From Eledone cirrhosa (lineage: Eukaryota): DNA of 64,000 nucleotides. Each line of letters opens with the position of its first letter. The stretch's first letter is position 1. The stretch is from the NCBI GenBank assembly GCA_964016885.1, contig OZ024754.1, forward strand, positions 16,554,001-16,618,000. Reading direction: 5' to 3'. Shown piece after piece: positions 62,108-64,000 of the stretch. The notes under the pieces were generated by a model, which saw only the letters and a list, made by a program, of their open reading frames with translations, made no database searches and was not told the origin of the DNA. The position numbers were made by a program, and so were the translations under genes.

Positions 62108-64000
62108 GGATTGGTAGTATTGGTAGGGCATCAGACAAGATGGTGGGGGATTGGTAGTATTGGTAGGGCATCAGACAAGATGGTGGGGGATTGGTAGTAT
62201 TGGTAGGGCATCAGACAAGATGGTGGGGGATTGGTAGTATTGGTAGGGCATCAGACAAGATGGGGGATTGGTAGTATTGGTAGGGCATCAGACAAGATGG
62301 TGGGGGATTGGTAGTATTGGTAGGGCATCAGACATGGTGGGGGATTGGTAGTATTGGTAGGGCATCAGACAACATGGTGGGGGATTGGTAGTATTGGTAG
62401 GGCATCAGACAAGATGGTGGGGGATTGGTAGTATTGGTAGGGCATCAGACAAGATGGTGGGGGATTGGTAGTATTGGTAGGGCATCAGACAAGATGGTGG
62501 GGGATTGGTAGTATTGGTAGGGCATCAGACAAGATGGTGGGGGATTGGTAGTATTGGTAGGGCATCAGACAAGATGGTGGGGGATTGGTAGTATTGGTAG
62601 GGCATCAGACAAGATGGTGGAGGATTGGTAGTATTGGTAGGGCATCAGACATGGTGGGGGATTGGTAGTATTGGTAGGGCATCAGACATGGTGGTGGGGG
62701 ATTGGTAGTATTGGTAGGGCATCAGACATGGTGGGGGATTGGTAGTATTGGTAGGGCATCAGACAAGATGGTGGGGGATTGGTAGTATTGGTAGGGCATC
62801 AGACAAGATGGTGGGGGATTGGTAGTATTGGTAGGGCATCAGACAAGATGGTGGGGGATTGGTAGTATTGGTAGGGCATCAGACAACATGGTGGGGGATT
62901 GGTAGTATTGGTAGGGCATCAGACAAGATGGTGGGGGATTGGTAGTATTGGTAGGGCATCAGACAAGATGGTGGGGGATTGGTAGTATTGGTAGGGCATC
63001 AGACATGGTGGGGGATTGGTAGTATTGGTAGGGCATCAGACAAGATGGTGGGGGATTGGTAGTATTGGTAGGGCATCAGACAAGATGGTGGGGGATTGGT
63101 AGTATTGGTAGGGCATCAGACAAGATGGTGGGGGATTGGTAGTATTGGTAGGGCATCAGACAACATGGTGGGGGATTGGTAGTATTGGTAGGGCATCAGA
63201 CAAGATGGTGGAGGATTGGTAGTATTGGTAGGGCATCAGACATGGTGGTGGGGGATTGGTAGTATTGGTAGGGCATCAGACATGGTGGGGGATTGGTAGT
63301 ATTGGTAGGGCATCAGACATGGTGGGGGATTGGTAGTATTGGTAGGGCATCAGACATGGTGGGGGATTGGTAGTATTGGTAGGGCATCAGACATGGTGGG
63401 GGATTGGTAGTATTGGTAGGGCATCAGACATGGTGGGGGATTGGTAGTATTGGTAGGGCATCAGACATGGTGGGGATTGGTAGTATTGGTAGGGCATCAG
63501 ACAAGATGGTGGGGGATTGGTAGAGCATCAGACAACATGGTGGGGGATTGGTAGTATTGGTAGGGCATCAGACATGGTGGGGGATTGGTAGTATTGGTAG
63601 GGCATCAGACAAGATGGTGGGGGATTGGTAGTATTGGTAGGGCACCAGACAACATGGTGGGGGATTGGTAGAGCATCAGACAACATGGTGGGGGATTGGT
63701 AGTATTGGTAGGGCATCAGACATGGTGGGGGATTGGTAGTATTGGTAGGGCATCAGACAAGATGGTGGGGGATTGGTAGTATTGGTAGGGCACCAGACAA
63801 CATGGTGGGGGATTGGTAGAGCATCAGACAACATGGTGGGGGATTGGTAGTATTGGTAGGGCATCAGACATGGTGGGGGATTGGTAGTATTGGTAGGGCA
63901 TCAGACAACATGGTGGGGGATTGGTAGTATTGGTAGGGCACCAGACAACATGGTGGGGGATTGGTAGAGCATCAGACAACATGGTGGGGGATTGGTAGTA
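62108..64000. repeat. Satellite of 40/37/31-bp monomers (ggtgggggattggtagtattggtagggcatcagacaagat), runs off the window end
   Basis: Direct reading. A 148-bp higher-order unit (31+37+40+40) appears after ~63500. Confidence 0.97.

Overview
AT-rich, repeat-saturated animal genomic DNA with no recognisable host protein-coding gene, rRNA, tRNA or CRISPR. The SINE, RTE and microsatellite content resembles an octopod cephalopod (inference). Nearly all listed ORFs are artefacts of tandem repeats. The real protein-coding remnants are retroelement fragments: two families of Penelope-like GIY-YIG endonuclease and several RTE-clade LINE 3' fragments, one with a PHD finger inside the RT. The window also holds many tRNA-derived SINEs, non-autonomous Helitrons, and piggyBac-, hAT- and Tc1/mariner-type MITEs. 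Two things stand out. (1) There are at least seven hammerhead-ribozyme motifs from four unrelated sequence families. They lie in Penelope pseudo-LTRs and inverted repeats next to (TA)n tracts, including a 3.4-kb tail-to-tail palindrome, and two families share an unusual U.U at core position 10.1/11.1. (2) Most of the large satellite arrays can be traced to specific 40-56 bp modules of SINE, RTE or MITE elements that also occur as single copies in the window. Coordinates were read by eye and element boundaries are approximate.
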